A DNA stretch of 64,000 nucleotides from Candidatus Moraniibacteriota bacterium (GTDB taxonomy: Bacteria > Patescibacteriota > Minisyncoccia > Moranbacterales > UBA1568). Every line of letters begins with the position of its first letter. Position 1 is the stretch's first letter. Below, piece by piece: positions 8,413-16,982 of the stretch. The stretch spans positions 1,307 through 65,306 of the forward strand of contig JAUSGT010000003.1 of the NCBI GenBank assembly GCA_030648835.1. The letters run 5' to 3'. The notes under the pieces were generated by a model, which searched no databases, had not been told where the DNA came from, and saw nothing but the letters and a program-made list of their open reading frames with translations. The translations under genes and the position numbers were made by a program.

Positions 8413-9003
8413 TTACTTACTTTTTTCACTTCGTATCTTTTCCAGAACCTTGGGAATTTTTTTGAAATCTTCGATCAAGGTGGCACGCAGGCTGCCGTTG
8501 TAGAGAGCGGCCGCAGGGTGATAGAGAACGAAAAATACTTGTGGTCCAAGACCCGGCAGTGTCCGACGAAAAGCTTGCCCGTGAACCAACGAAATTTTTT
8601 TACCCGGAATGAAATGTTCCATAGCGTGCCGCCCGAGCGTCACGATGATTTTGGGGCGGATGATTTTTATTTGTTTATGGAGCCATGGGAGACATGCAGA
8701 AATTTCTTCCGGGGACGGATCGCGATTATCCGGTGGGCGATATTTGACGATGTTGGTGATGTAAATGTTTTCACGTTTGAGACGGATGACGGAGAGCATC
8801 TCCGAAAGAAATTTCCCCGCGGCGCCGATGAACGGAATGCCCTGGAGGTCTTCATTTTTCCCCGGCGCCTCTCCGATGAAAAGAATTTCTGCTTCCGCGT
8901 TCCCATCCCCCGGCACGGCCTGCGTCGCTTGGATGCGCAAAGAACAGTCGCACTCAAGAGACATCTTTTCATTTAAGGCATCCAGGGATTTCTGTTTATC
9001 CAT
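8413..9003 (-). CDS. Uracil-DNA glycosylase, family 4 (Fe-S type)
   Basis: ILFIGEAPGKNEDLQGIPFIGAAGKFL (GEAPG motif) and N-terminal Cys pair (CDCS) typical of family-4 UDG. Confidence 0.75.
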   Translation of the reverse strand: MDKQKSLDALNEKMSLECDCSLRIQATQAVPGDGNAEAEILFIGEAPGKNEDLQGIPFIGAAGKFLSEMLSVIRLKRENIYITNIVKYRPPDNRDPSPEEISACLPWLHKQIKIIRPKIIVTLGRHAMEHFIPGKKISLVHGQAFRRTLPGLGPQVFFVLYHPAAALYNGSLRATLIEDFKKIPKVLEKIRSEKSK

Positions 9004-9013
9004 AACGTTGTTT

Positions 9014-9997
9014 TTATGCTACTACCCATCCATTCTGAGTCTCAAGGAGCTTCCCTTGAATCTCGAAACCTGAGGCAAGTTTGTGGCCTCCCCCACCGAA
9101 CCGGTGAGCGATAGCGGAAACATCGATGTTGTGCTGTTCCATTGAGCGGAGGCTGGCGCGAATGAGGTTGTCATCACGTTCAGAAAGGACGAGGGCAAAT
9201 TTCGCATCCGGGACGGCACTCAAGATGGAGGTGATTTGATAAATATCTTCAACGGAGGCACGGCACTCCGCGATATCTTTTTTTGTGATAGCGGTGACCA
9301 GCATGCCATTTTTTTGGTTGAAGTGGGCCTTTTCAAAAGCTCTCCCCCAGAGTTTGAGCGCGGCGATATTTTTATTGGTGAAAATAATTTGTGTGATCTT
9401 GGCAAGAGGAGCCCCTTTTCTTACGAGATCCGCGGCAATCTCCATGACTTGTGGTGAGACATTGGAATGTTGAAATCCGCCGGTATCAAAGAGAATACCC
9501 ATGAGGAGCATCGTCGCCATCGATTTGGTAATCTTGGTATGCGTCGCCGAGAAAAAGAGATAGACCAGTTCGGACGATGAAGAATATTCCGCGTCAATCA
9601 TTACCACGTCACCATGCATATGGATATCGGGGTGATGATCAATAAGCGCAACTACTTGCTTTTGAGAGAGCGTATCGATGATTTTATTGAAACCGCGATC
9701 CACACTGTCGCAAGCGATGACGGCGTCATAGCTCGCAAGGTCAAGCTGGTCAGGGTGAAAAAATGTTTCTTCCCGCAAGGATTTGAGAGTATCGGGAAAA
9801 GCATCAAAACAGGCGATATCCACATGTTTTCCACAGTTCTTGACGTATTCGGCCAGCGCCAGGTTGGCTCCGACGGTGTCCGGATCCGGGCGACTATGTG
9901 CAAACAGGAGGACACGTTTCGACTTTAATACGATATATTCAAGAGTATGAAATTCAGAGTCAAAATTTTGCATACTCGGCGGGACAAGGTAAAACAA
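9014..9997 (-). CDS. nrnA: DHH/DHHA1 family phosphoesterase (NrnA-like nanoRNase / pAp phosphatase)
   Basis: DHH motif (IDHHPD), N-terminal LLFAHSRPDPDTVGANLAL, C-terminal DHHA1 GGGH motif (FGGGGHKLASG). Confidence 0.7.
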   Translation of the reverse strand: MFYLVPPSMQNFDSEFHTLEYIVLKSKRVLLFAHSRPDPDTVGANLALAEYVKNCGKHVDIACFDAFPDTLKSLREETFFHPDQLDLASYDAVIACDSVDRGFNKIIDTLSQKQVVALIDHHPDIHMHGDVVMIDAEYSSSSELVYLFFSATHTKITKSMATMLLMGILFDTGGFQHSNVSPQVMEIAADLVRKGAPLAKITQIIFTNKNIAALKLWGRAFEKAHFNQKNGMLVTAITKKDIAECRASVEDIYQITSILSAVPDAKFALVLSERDDNLIRASLRSMEQHNIDVSAIAHRFGGGGHKLASGFEIQGKLLETQNGWVVA

Positions 9998-10134
9998 TTA
10001 TCGGCTGTATTTTAAAAACTTTGCCATTCTCTTTGTGAAATCGGATACTTTTATGGAATCGACCCCATTTTTACTTTTTCAGTTGTTTTATTGGGTATAG
10101 TGTGTGGATAAACCAGAAAAACCCTGTAAACAAG

Positions 10135-10470
10135 CTAAAAAAGTTCTTTCAATATCTTCTCCACTTTGTCCGCCTCCTGTGCTGTTTTGTCTATTTCGAA
10201 CGATAATTTTGGGAGAGGCTGCATATGGAGCTTGTTGTAGAGATGTTTTTGAATCTTCAAAATCTCCTTTTTTAACGTTTCTGTCACATAGTGTGTTTCC
10301 TTTTCCGGGAAGACACTGATGAACATGCGAGTGTAGCGGAGATCTCTCGATGTGTCAACCTTGGCGATCGTGATGAACACCCCTGTTTTTAGGGAAAGCT
10401 CACGTTCCATAATCTCGCTCAAAAGCTTACGAATAAGCTCGTTTACTTTTATGATACGCATCGAGGACAT
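10135..10470 (-). CDS. rbfA: Ribosome-binding factor A
   Basis: 111 aa; RIIKVNELIRKLLSEIM...LRYTRMFISVF matches the RbfA KH-like domain pattern. Confidence 0.7.
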   Translation of the reverse strand: MSSMRIIKVNELIRKLLSEIMERELSLKTGVFITIAKVDTSRDLRYTRMFISVFPEKETHYVTETLKKEILKIQKHLYNKLHMQPLPKLSFEIDKTAQEADKVEKILKELF

Positions 10471-10492
10471 AGGAGAAATATAAGTTATTGAG

Positions 10493-10564
10493 TGCTCTTG
10501 GCAGGAGTTGAACCTGCTTCTAAGGCTTAGGAGTCCCTTGTTCTATCCGTTGAACTACAAGAGC
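10493..10564 (-). tRNA. tRNA-Arg (anticodon CCT)
   Basis: On minus strand: acceptor GCTCTTG/CAAGAGC, D-arm GTTC-AACGGATA-GAAC, anticodon loop CTCCTAA, T-arm GCAGG-TTCAACT-CCTGC, discriminator A; one A-G mismatch at 31-39 of the anticodon stem. Confidence 0.6.
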
Positions 10565-10575
10565 GAAGACATACG

Positions 10576-11199
10576 TTACCACACTTCTTTTATATGTTCA
10601 ATGCTGCTCATTATCATTTTAAAATAGCTGCCACTTCTCGTCACTCTGATTCGGCACATTCCATACGGAAGCTTCCCCTCCTTTTTACCGTGAAGCCAGT
10701 TTATACCCCTTATAGACTCTGGCAAAATATCCAGTTTTTGAGCCCAAAATGCCCTTGCCACAGACTCCTTGATGTCTCCATAGAGACGAAGATTTATTCG
10801 TAGATCAGATTTTTTCACCCCCAGTTTGAAGAGTCCTTGAATAAAGATTCGAACGAGATCTGGGTCACTGTTTGTTAAGTTAAGATCTCTCTTGCCCCCC
10901 TCGGCCCAATACAATGCGACTATAAAGAGGACAAGGCCTTCTTTGTGGAGAGGAAAAGACATAGAATTGGCTTGTTTACGGGCTTTATCCCATAAAATTT
11001 GAGACCGTTTCTTACTCCCGCCCTGTTTCTCACGCAATAGATCCCTGTATTGAGGGAGTACCACTACATCTTTAACATATTTAAAAACAGTACTGTTGCC
11101 ACGTTTTAGTAGAGAGCAGATTTCAGGCAAACTATGACCTGTTTTTCTGAGTTGCTTAATCTGATGTATTTCCAATTTTGATATAGGCACTCCATTCAT
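10576..11199 (-). CDS. HTH-domain protein with LAGLIDADG-like homing-endonuclease core (free-standing)
   Basis: N-terminal resolvase-type HTH (IKQLRKTGHSLPEICSLLKRGNSTVFKYV); central LVLFIVALYWAEGGKRD plus downstream IFIQGLFKLG resemble the LAGLIDADG helix and I-CreI-like fold; lies 12 nt from tRNA-Arg and 133 nt from tRNA-Ala. Confidence 0.45.
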   Translation of the reverse strand: MNGVPISKLEIHQIKQLRKTGHSLPEICSLLKRGNSTVFKYVKDVVVLPQYRDLLREKQGGSKKRSQILWDKARKQANSMSFPLHKEGLVLFIVALYWAEGGKRDLNLTNSDPDLVRIFIQGLFKLGVKKSDLRINLRLYGDIKESVARAFWAQKLDILPESIRGINWLHGKKEGKLPYGMCRIRVTRSGSYFKMIMSSIEHIKEVW

Positions 11200-11331
11200 G
11201 TATGGACTCTAACATATAAAACAACATTGTACAAGGACGGGTTTTATCTATCCGTTGGGTATCGCTCGAAGAAGAGCTTATTTCAAGCAATTAAAAACAC
11301 TACAAAAAAGTAGTGTCAAAAAATTCTTTTG

Positions 11332-11404
11332 TGGACCGTACCGGATTCGAACCGGTGACCTCTTCCATGCCATGGAAGCGCGCTACCAGCTGTGCTAACG
11401 GCCC
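11332..11404 (-). tRNA. tRNA-Ala (anticodon GGC)
   Basis: Minus strand: acceptor GGGCCGT/ACGGTCC with G3-U70 wobble (Ala identity element), anticodon stem CTTCC/GGAAG loop ATGGCAT, T-arm ACCGG-TTCGAAT-CCGGT. Confidence 0.75.
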
Positions 11405-11533
11405 ATTAAAAGCCTTTTGTACATATTTTCAACGATTTATCCTGGGGAGAGGTATAGTGATCCTCCTTATGGGGTGAGTGGCTATGCATATGCTATACTT
11501 TCTTATCATACTGGCTTTTGAGCTCATTCGTCA

Positions 11534-13285
11534 ATGGCACAGGTCATTGTTATAATGAAAAGGTCTATGTCATTGTCTTTTTCCTCTCACAATTTGAAAC
11601 AATCTTTTGGTATGATTCGTTTCCATACTATCCTGTTTACCTTTTTTCTTCTCTCGCTCCCCTTCTCTATCCGCAAGGTCTTGGGCGTTTTTTCGCCGGA
11701 TGGTTCATTTAATGAGTATTTAGACGTATCTTTATACCTTTCTGACGTCCTGTTTATAGCAGTTTTGATAGTATTTATATTAGAAAATAAAAAAGAATTA
11801 TTGTCAATATCTTACTGGAGACAAATGTTCCACGTGGAACATTTACTTCTCCCCATTTTCATTCCGGCACTCCTTATTTTTTGGTCTGGACTATCCATTT
11901 TATGGTCAGAAAGTGCTCCATTAGCTGTAGTAGCATTTTTTAGGCTTATTGAAGGGTATCTATTATATCTATATATTCTTGTTTGTAATGTTCCACGTGG
12001 AACATTATTGAATAAAGGTGGCCAGACTGATATGTTCCACGTGGAACATTTGGATGACAAAACACAAAATGTTCCACGTGGAACATTTATTGATAGAATA
12101 TTAATCTGTATATCACAATGTTCCACGTGGAACATTTTACAAATATCATTAACTGCAATCATTGTTTCAGGAGCTTTCCAATCCATAGCGGCAATTTTAC
12201 AGTTTATAAGGCAAAAATCTTTAGGACTGACTTTTCTTAAAGAGAGCATTTTTAGTATATATGATCCGGGAGTAGCTAAAGTAGTTATAAGTGGAGATGT
12301 TTTTGTTAGATCTTACGGTTTTTTCCCACACCCGAACATACTTGGAGGCTTTTTGGCACTATCTCTACTCACAACAATTGTTTATCCATTGATATTTAGG
12401 TCAAAAATGTTCCACGTGGAACATCATATTAACGTTTGGCTCTATAGAGGGATAATTATTATACAGCTACTGGCACTTTCTCTTAGCTTTTCCAAATCTG
12501 CCATTCTAGCTTTCGTTATTGGTCTTGCTATGGTTGTTTCCGGAATACACAAAATGTTCCACGTGGAACATTTGGATGACAAAACACAAAATGTTCCACG
12601 TGGAACATTTCAGAATTCAGTAGCTAGCCAGATCCAAAAATGTTCCACGTGGAACATTTATAGAAAATCTATAACAAGTATTTTTAATAAAATGTTCCAC
12701 GTGGAACATTTGATTATTGTATGGACGATCATCATAGCGGGAGTAATGTTACTTTTTATTAATTTAAAGTTTTTTATTGTCCAACCGTTTACTGAGAGGT
12801 TATTTTATATGAGTTCAATTAAAGGCTTATATGAAGCATACTTATTCGAAGGGCTGGGTATAGGACAATATGTTTTTGGTATGCAGCGCTTTTTTATCGA
12901 TAAATTGCTACCATGGCAATTGCAACCTATCCATAATGTGTTTCTCCTTATTTTCAGCGAAATCGGTTTAGTGGGGCTTGTTCTATTTTTATGGTTTCTG
13001 GTCTTTGTTTATTTAAGAAATAACAAAAATGTTCCACGTGGAACATCTACTTACCAAAACCCGGAATGTTCCACGTGGAACAATTCTTTGTCTAGTTATA
13101 TAAAAATGTTCCACGTGGAACAATTATTCAATGCTAGGCAAGCTGTTATAGCCTGTTTATTCCAATCCTTACTAACAATCATCATATTTATCATGTTTTT
13201 TGATCATTACTTTTGGGATATACAACAGGGACAGCTTCTATTATGGATTATACTAGCTTTTACTGTTTCTAATAAGAAATATTGA
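11534..13285 (+). CDS. O-antigen ligase/polymerase (Wzy_C)-like polytopic membrane protein carrying 13 in-frame palindromic-repeat insertions
   Basis: Single 583-codon ORF; >10 hydrophobic segments; RSYGFFPHPNILGGF resembles the O-antigen ligase R-x-G-x-F-x-H-P-H-N loop. The ORF stays open through 13 copies of a 16-22-bp palindrome translated as MFHVEH, NVPRGT(F/L/S) or CSTWNI depending on frame. Confidence 0.55.
   Translation: MAQVIVIMKRSMSLSFSSHNLKQSFGMIRFHTILFTFFLLSLPFSIRKVLGVFSPDGSFNEYLDVSLYLSDVLFIAVLIVFILENKKELLSISYWRQMFHVEHLLLPIFIPALLIFWSGLSILWSESAPLAVVAFFRLIEGYLLYLYILVCNVPRGTLLNKGGQTDMFHVEHLDDKTQNVPRGTFIDRILICISQCSTWNILQISLTAIIVSGAFQSIAAILQFIRQKSLGLTFLKESIFSIYDPGVAKVVISGDVFVRSYGFFPHPNILGGFLALSLLTTIVYPLIFRSKMFHVEHHINVWLYRGIIIIQLLALSLSFSKSAILAFVIGLAMVVSGIHKMFHVEHLDDKTQNVPRGTFQNSVASQIQKCSTWNIYRKSITSIFNKMFHVEHLIIVWTIIIAGVMLLFINLKFFIVQPFTERLFYMSSIKGLYEAYLFEGLGIGQYVFGMQRFFIDKLLPWQLQPIHNVFLLIFSEIGLVGLVLFLWFLVFVYLRNNKNVPRGTSTYQNPECSTWNNSLSSYIKMFHVEQLFNARQAVIACLFQSLLTIIIFIMFFDHYFWDIQQGQLLLWIILAFTVSNKKY
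11823..13125. repeat. Array of 13 copies of a perfect palindrome, core TGTTCCACGTGGAACA (usually AAATGTTCCACGTGGAACATTT), embedded in a CDS
   Basis: Copies at 11823-11844, 11986-12007, 12031-12050, 12067-12088, 12117-12136, 12405-12424, 12552-12573, 12589-12610, 12638-12659, 12690-12711, 13027-13046, 13065-13085, 13104-13125; composite 57-nt unit (repeat + GGATGACAAAACACAA + repeat) identical at 12031-12088 and 12552-12610. Confidence 0.9.
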
Positions 13286-13618
13286 CAAACATATAGATTC
13301 ATTACATAGTATATCATTATGATATATTATTAGAGTTTCTTAATGGCATGCATTCATTTTTTTAGGAACTTTTCCGGACGGATTGACTGCATCTAGTTTT
13401 TTGTGAAAGGATTATTTTTTATGTGTTGAATCCATATTGGCTCTCATTAAGTCCAACGTGAAGTCCAAGGTGGGCTGCTTGATCTTTGTGCTCTGATGAG
13501 ATACGTTTATGCAAATTATTGAGAGATCTTTTTTAGGTTAAGTAATAGTCAACAGAGAGTTGGCTGAGGTGAAAAAAAATGTGTTATAATCAAAACACGT
13601 AAAAACAAAATAAGTGAT

Positions 13619-14602
13619 ATGTACGAAGCGTCTTTTCGAAGTATTTCGGAGAAGAGCACGAAGTTTACGTTATTTCTTTTTTTCAGCCTGCTTATTTTGA
13701 GTGTGGGCTTTTTTGTTTTTGCGGATGATACGGCGAGCAAAAAAAATATTTTTCAGGATTCCGATCAAGATGGTTTGAGCAATGATGAAGAAAAACTCTA
13801 CGGAACAAATCCTTTCAATAAAGATACCGACGGTGACGGATATAGCGATGGTATTGAAGTGGAGAGCGGGTATGATCCACTGAGGCACGCGCCGGGGGAT
13901 AAGATTATCAAGGAAAATAAAATTGCTTCCGTGCCCGTTCAAGGCGAGACAGAAAATTTGACGCAGAAAGTTTCCGGAGAAATCGCCGGCATTTTGAAGA
14001 CGACGAATGAAAGTGGCCAAGCGATTTCCTTGGAAGCAATAAATGCTTCTGTGGAAAAAGTACTCGGCGGGAATATGGAAGAAGTAACGCTTCCGGAAAT
14101 TGACAGCAAAGATATCAAGATAAAAAAATTGCCGAAAAATCTCAAGGAAAAAAATCGGGTAGAAGTAGAGCGCAAAGACGCGATTGAATATCTGACGGTT
14201 ATGGCCTATCTTTTAGCCAACAATACGCCACAAACCTTTCAGACACAGGACGATTTGGGGAGCATGCTGACCAGTCTTTCGACTGATTCTCTCACTGCCT
14301 TGTCATCGGGTAATATGGATGCGATTGAGCAGTTATCCAAGCGAGGGGAAAAAATGTTGGGAGAATTGAAGGATGTAGAAGTGCCGGAAAAAATGGTGGA
14401 TGTGCACGTGAAGGCTCTGAAGATGGCCCGCTACGCGATGCAATTGAAAGAAGAACTCAAACCCACGGGAAGCGATCCGCTTGGACAGATAGCCGTCCTT
14501 TCCAAAGCCCAAGGATTTTTGGGGAGCGTCATAGGATTTGTCGATGAAGTACAAAAGAAATTATCCGATTATGGCATTGAAGAAGTTCCACTTAACTTGT
14601 AG
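13619..14602 (+). CDS. Secreted protein with N-terminal Ca-binding-like D-x-D-x-D-G repeats (thrombospondin type-3-like)
   Basis: Signal peptide/TM (TLFLFFSLLILSVGFFVFA) then DSDQDGLSNDEEKLYGTNPFNKDTDGDGYSDGIEVESGYDP; extended -10 TGTTATAAT at 13583-13591 upstream. Confidence 0.55.
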   Translation: MYEASFRSISEKSTKFTLFLFFSLLILSVGFFVFADDTASKKNIFQDSDQDGLSNDEEKLYGTNPFNKDTDGDGYSDGIEVESGYDPLRHAPGDKIIKENKIASVPVQGETENLTQKVSGEIAGILKTTNESGQAISLEAINASVEKVLGGNMEEVTLPEIDSKDIKIKKLPKNLKEKNRVEVERKDAIEYLTVMAYLLANNTPQTFQTQDDLGSMLTSLSTDSLTALSSGNMDAIEQLSKRGEKMLGELKDVEVPEKMVDVHVKALKMARYAMQLKEELKPTGSDPLGQIAVLSKAQGFLGSVIGFVDEVQKKLSDYGIEEVPLNL

Positions 14603-14632
14603 TCTATGATGATTTGTTCCCCAAAAGAAAAA

Positions 14633-15517
14633 ATGGCAAGGAAACTGATAAAGCAAGTAACAACTTCTGGCCTGATATTTTTTGGTTTGGTTTTTTGTTT
14701 GTTCCCGCAGCCGGCGCGTGCTGACGCATGGGGGGCGAATATGGGGGCAGCCATAATGAAACAGATGTTGGAAAGAATCGCGCGGCAAATCGAAGGGTCT
14801 CTTCTGGGATCGCTGAAGATGGCGGCTGTGCAGATGCTCAATAATCAAGTAGGCCAACTCATCGGCGGGGGAGCATCGGGGCAACCACGCTTCATTACCA
14901 ACTTCAATGATTTTTTGTATCAGGGTCCGAGACAGCGTACCAATCTGTATATGAATGATTTCTTTACGCTGACGACGCGAGGGAGAGGAGCTTCTGCAAA
15001 CTATGTGAGTGCGAGAAGTGGCGGTGGGAACTATGTAGGGTATCTAGAATCAGTTGGTAGAAAAGCGACTGTTGAAAGCGAGGCGTCGTGCACTGTAGAT
15101 CTTGAGGAGTCTGCCAATGCGGAAACGATGTTTGAGGAAGGAGATTTTCGCGGTTTTAATGCCTTCGTTTCCAACCCGTGTAACAATCCTTATGGTTATG
15201 CTTTGGAAGCAGAAGACGCATATCAGGGTGAGTTGATGAGACAACAAGAAGCGGCGGCCATTGAAGCACAATCTTCCGGGTTTTTGGGGGCGAAACAGGG
15301 CAATATGGTGATAACACCGGCAGGATCTATTGAAGCGGCAACGACCAACATACAGAATCTCCCCAATCAGATTATCGCGTCCGCGTCGAACCCCACAGAG
15401 CTCTTGAATGGTGTCGTGTCAGCCATGGCCAATCAAGTGGTAAATAATCTTGTTCGGAATGGCATAGGGCAAGTACAGACGAATATTCGAAGAGAGATCG
15501 GTAGTGTGAAAAGGTAG
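14633..15517 (+). CDS. Secreted hypothetical protein (Gly/Ala/Asn-rich), C-terminus interrupted by TAG at 15515
   Basis: Signal peptide MARKLIKQVTTSGLIFFGLVFCLFPQPARA; ORF frame 14606..15517; 25-aa repeat continues in frame past the stop. Confidence 0.5.
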   Translation: MARKLIKQVTTSGLIFFGLVFCLFPQPARADAWGANMGAAIMKQMLERIARQIEGSLLGSLKMAAVQMLNNQVGQLIGGGASGQPRFITNFNDFLYQGPRQRTNLYMNDFFTLTTRGRGASANYVSARSGGGNYVGYLESVGRKATVESEASCTVDLEESANAETMFEEGDFRGFNAFVSNPCNNPYGYALEAEDAYQGELMRQQEAAAIEAQSSGFLGAKQGNMVITPAGSIEAATTNIQNLPNQIIASASNPTELLNGVVSAMANQVVNNLVRNGIGQVQTNIRREIGSVKR

Positions 15518-15767
15518 ACCAATCTCGTTCGCAATCAGGCAACGGGGTTACTCGGACCAGCGGCTCCGTTTACGCAAAGCGTTCTTCAGCGGAGCATCCA
15601 GGTCAACCCGAGCATGCCGACACTCTCCAACACCGTTACGGGCGGGTATTAGGGACCATTTCAACAGAGTCCAAACAAAAACAAAAAACTCGCACTGCTT
15701 CTTTCGGGAGGCGGGGCGAGTTTTTTTATGGGTGGGGGCCTGTCCAGATTCTCTATTCTGTGCCTTG

Positions 15768-15841
15768 TGGGTGATACTGGACTCGAACCAGTGACCTTCA
15801 CAATGTCAATGTGATGCTCTAACCAGCTGAGCTAATCACCC
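15768..15841 (-). tRNA. tRNA-Val (anticodon GAC)
   Basis: Minus strand: GGGTGAT-TA-GCTC-AGCTGGTTA-GAGC-A-TCACA-TTGACAT-TGTGA-AGGTC-ACTGG-TTCGAGT-CCAGT-ATCACCC-A. Confidence 0.85.
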
Positions 15842-16046
15842 ACGAGATACAGAATCAATGTAGCGCCCTAACTTCACCCCGTCACCTATTCAAGAAAAAA
15901 CTGTGGTTATTGGAAGCCGTGAGACGTAGTCGCCCTACGGCTTTTACTAACAACTGGAGCACGTTCTTACTAAAATAGGTGACGGGGCAAGCTGCCAGCC
16001 CAAGGCTGGTCCGCCTCGGGCGGAAGCTATACGCCCTTTTCGGTTT

Positions 16047-16952
16047 TTACTGTGCCGGAGGGGTTTCGGGGAGAGTGTGGTTGTCAAATACGGACTCTTT
16101 TTCTTTGGCAAATTCTGTTGTTTCATCCTGGCCGGCGATAGATTTGAAGAAAGCCAGCCAGAGCGCTTGTTGGAAGATGCTGAACCAGGTGAAAAATGCC
16201 AAACCGACGATAAGGGCGATGGATGTTTCTTCAAACGGTATGCCTATCTTTTTGGAAAGAGTGACAATGCCCAGGATAATGGTGTTCACGAAAAAAGTAA
16301 AGAGAATTGTCAGTATGAAAGAGAAGAGACCGAAAAGAAGACTTTGAAAAATGAAACGGGAAAAAAGCGCGCCACCGGTTTCGATAGAGCCGCGAATTTT
16401 GAGAGGGGAGAGGAGGAGATAGAAAAGAGCGAATCGGCTAACGAAAAAAATGGCGATGGCGATGGGGATGAAAGCGAGAAAACCGAGCTGCAAAAGCGTC
16501 GTCATTACTCCCGGGTTTTGCGAGGAGGCGATGAGGAAAGGGAGAGAAAATATGCCGATGACCGCCAAGAGAAAAATGAGCGTAAGACATTCGAGAGAGA
16601 ATGTGCGGATGAAATTTTTTCCGATGGCGCGAGCGTTAACCGGATAGCTGGGAAGATGTGTTTTCCCCGTGACGAAAGACAGGGAAGCGATGAGATTGCC
16701 TTTCCCAAAAATTTCCAGGCCAAAGAGAAAAACGAAAATCAAAAGAAAAGAGAGTAGTGCCCCCTCGCTCTTTTCGGAAATACTGTTTAAGAATTCCGGG
16801 AAAGATGTAGTGTCGGGGAGTGTCAAGCTGATCCTGCTTTCGATGACTCCCGCGATCGCAAGGAGGGTACCAAAAATCCAGGGCAGTTTTTTGGACAGCG
16901 TTGCTTGCCATGCCGATAGGATGAATGTACGGAACGGTAATTTTTCCAACAT
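16047..16952 (-). CDS. Hypothetical polytopic membrane protein (last gene of rpsA-ftsH transcription unit)
   Basis: 301 aa with ~8 hydrophobic segments; no catalytic motif recognised. Confidence 0.45.
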   Translation of the reverse strand: MLEKLPFRTFILSAWQATLSKKLPWIFGTLLAIAGVIESRISLTLPDTTSFPEFLNSISEKSEGALLSFLLIFVFLFGLEIFGKGNLIASLSFVTGKTHLPSYPVNARAIGKNFIRTFSLECLTLIFLLAVIGIFSLPFLIASSQNPGVMTTLLQLGFLAFIPIAIAIFFVSRFALFYLLLSPLKIRGSIETGGALFSRFIFQSLLFGLFSFILTILFTFFVNTIILGIVTLSKKIGIPFEETSIALIVGLAFFTWFSIFQQALWLAFFKSIAGQDETTEFAKEKESVFDNHTLPETPPAQ

Positions 16953-16982
16953 AAAGGAGAAGGGTTAAATATCGACCAGATT

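Noticed and set aside
11812-12249. Minus-strand 145-aa ORF overlapping the palindrome cluster
   Set aside because: It exists only because the palindrome is stop-free in all six frames. It runs antisense to a membrane-protein gene with recognisable motifs.
11823-13125. CRISPR array interpretation of the 13 regularly recurring 22-bp repeats
   Set aside because: The repeat is a perfect palindrome of only 16-22 bp and spacing is irregular (16-265 nt). Some spacers are exact duplicates. The whole region is a continuous membrane-protein ORF, and no cas genes lie nearby.
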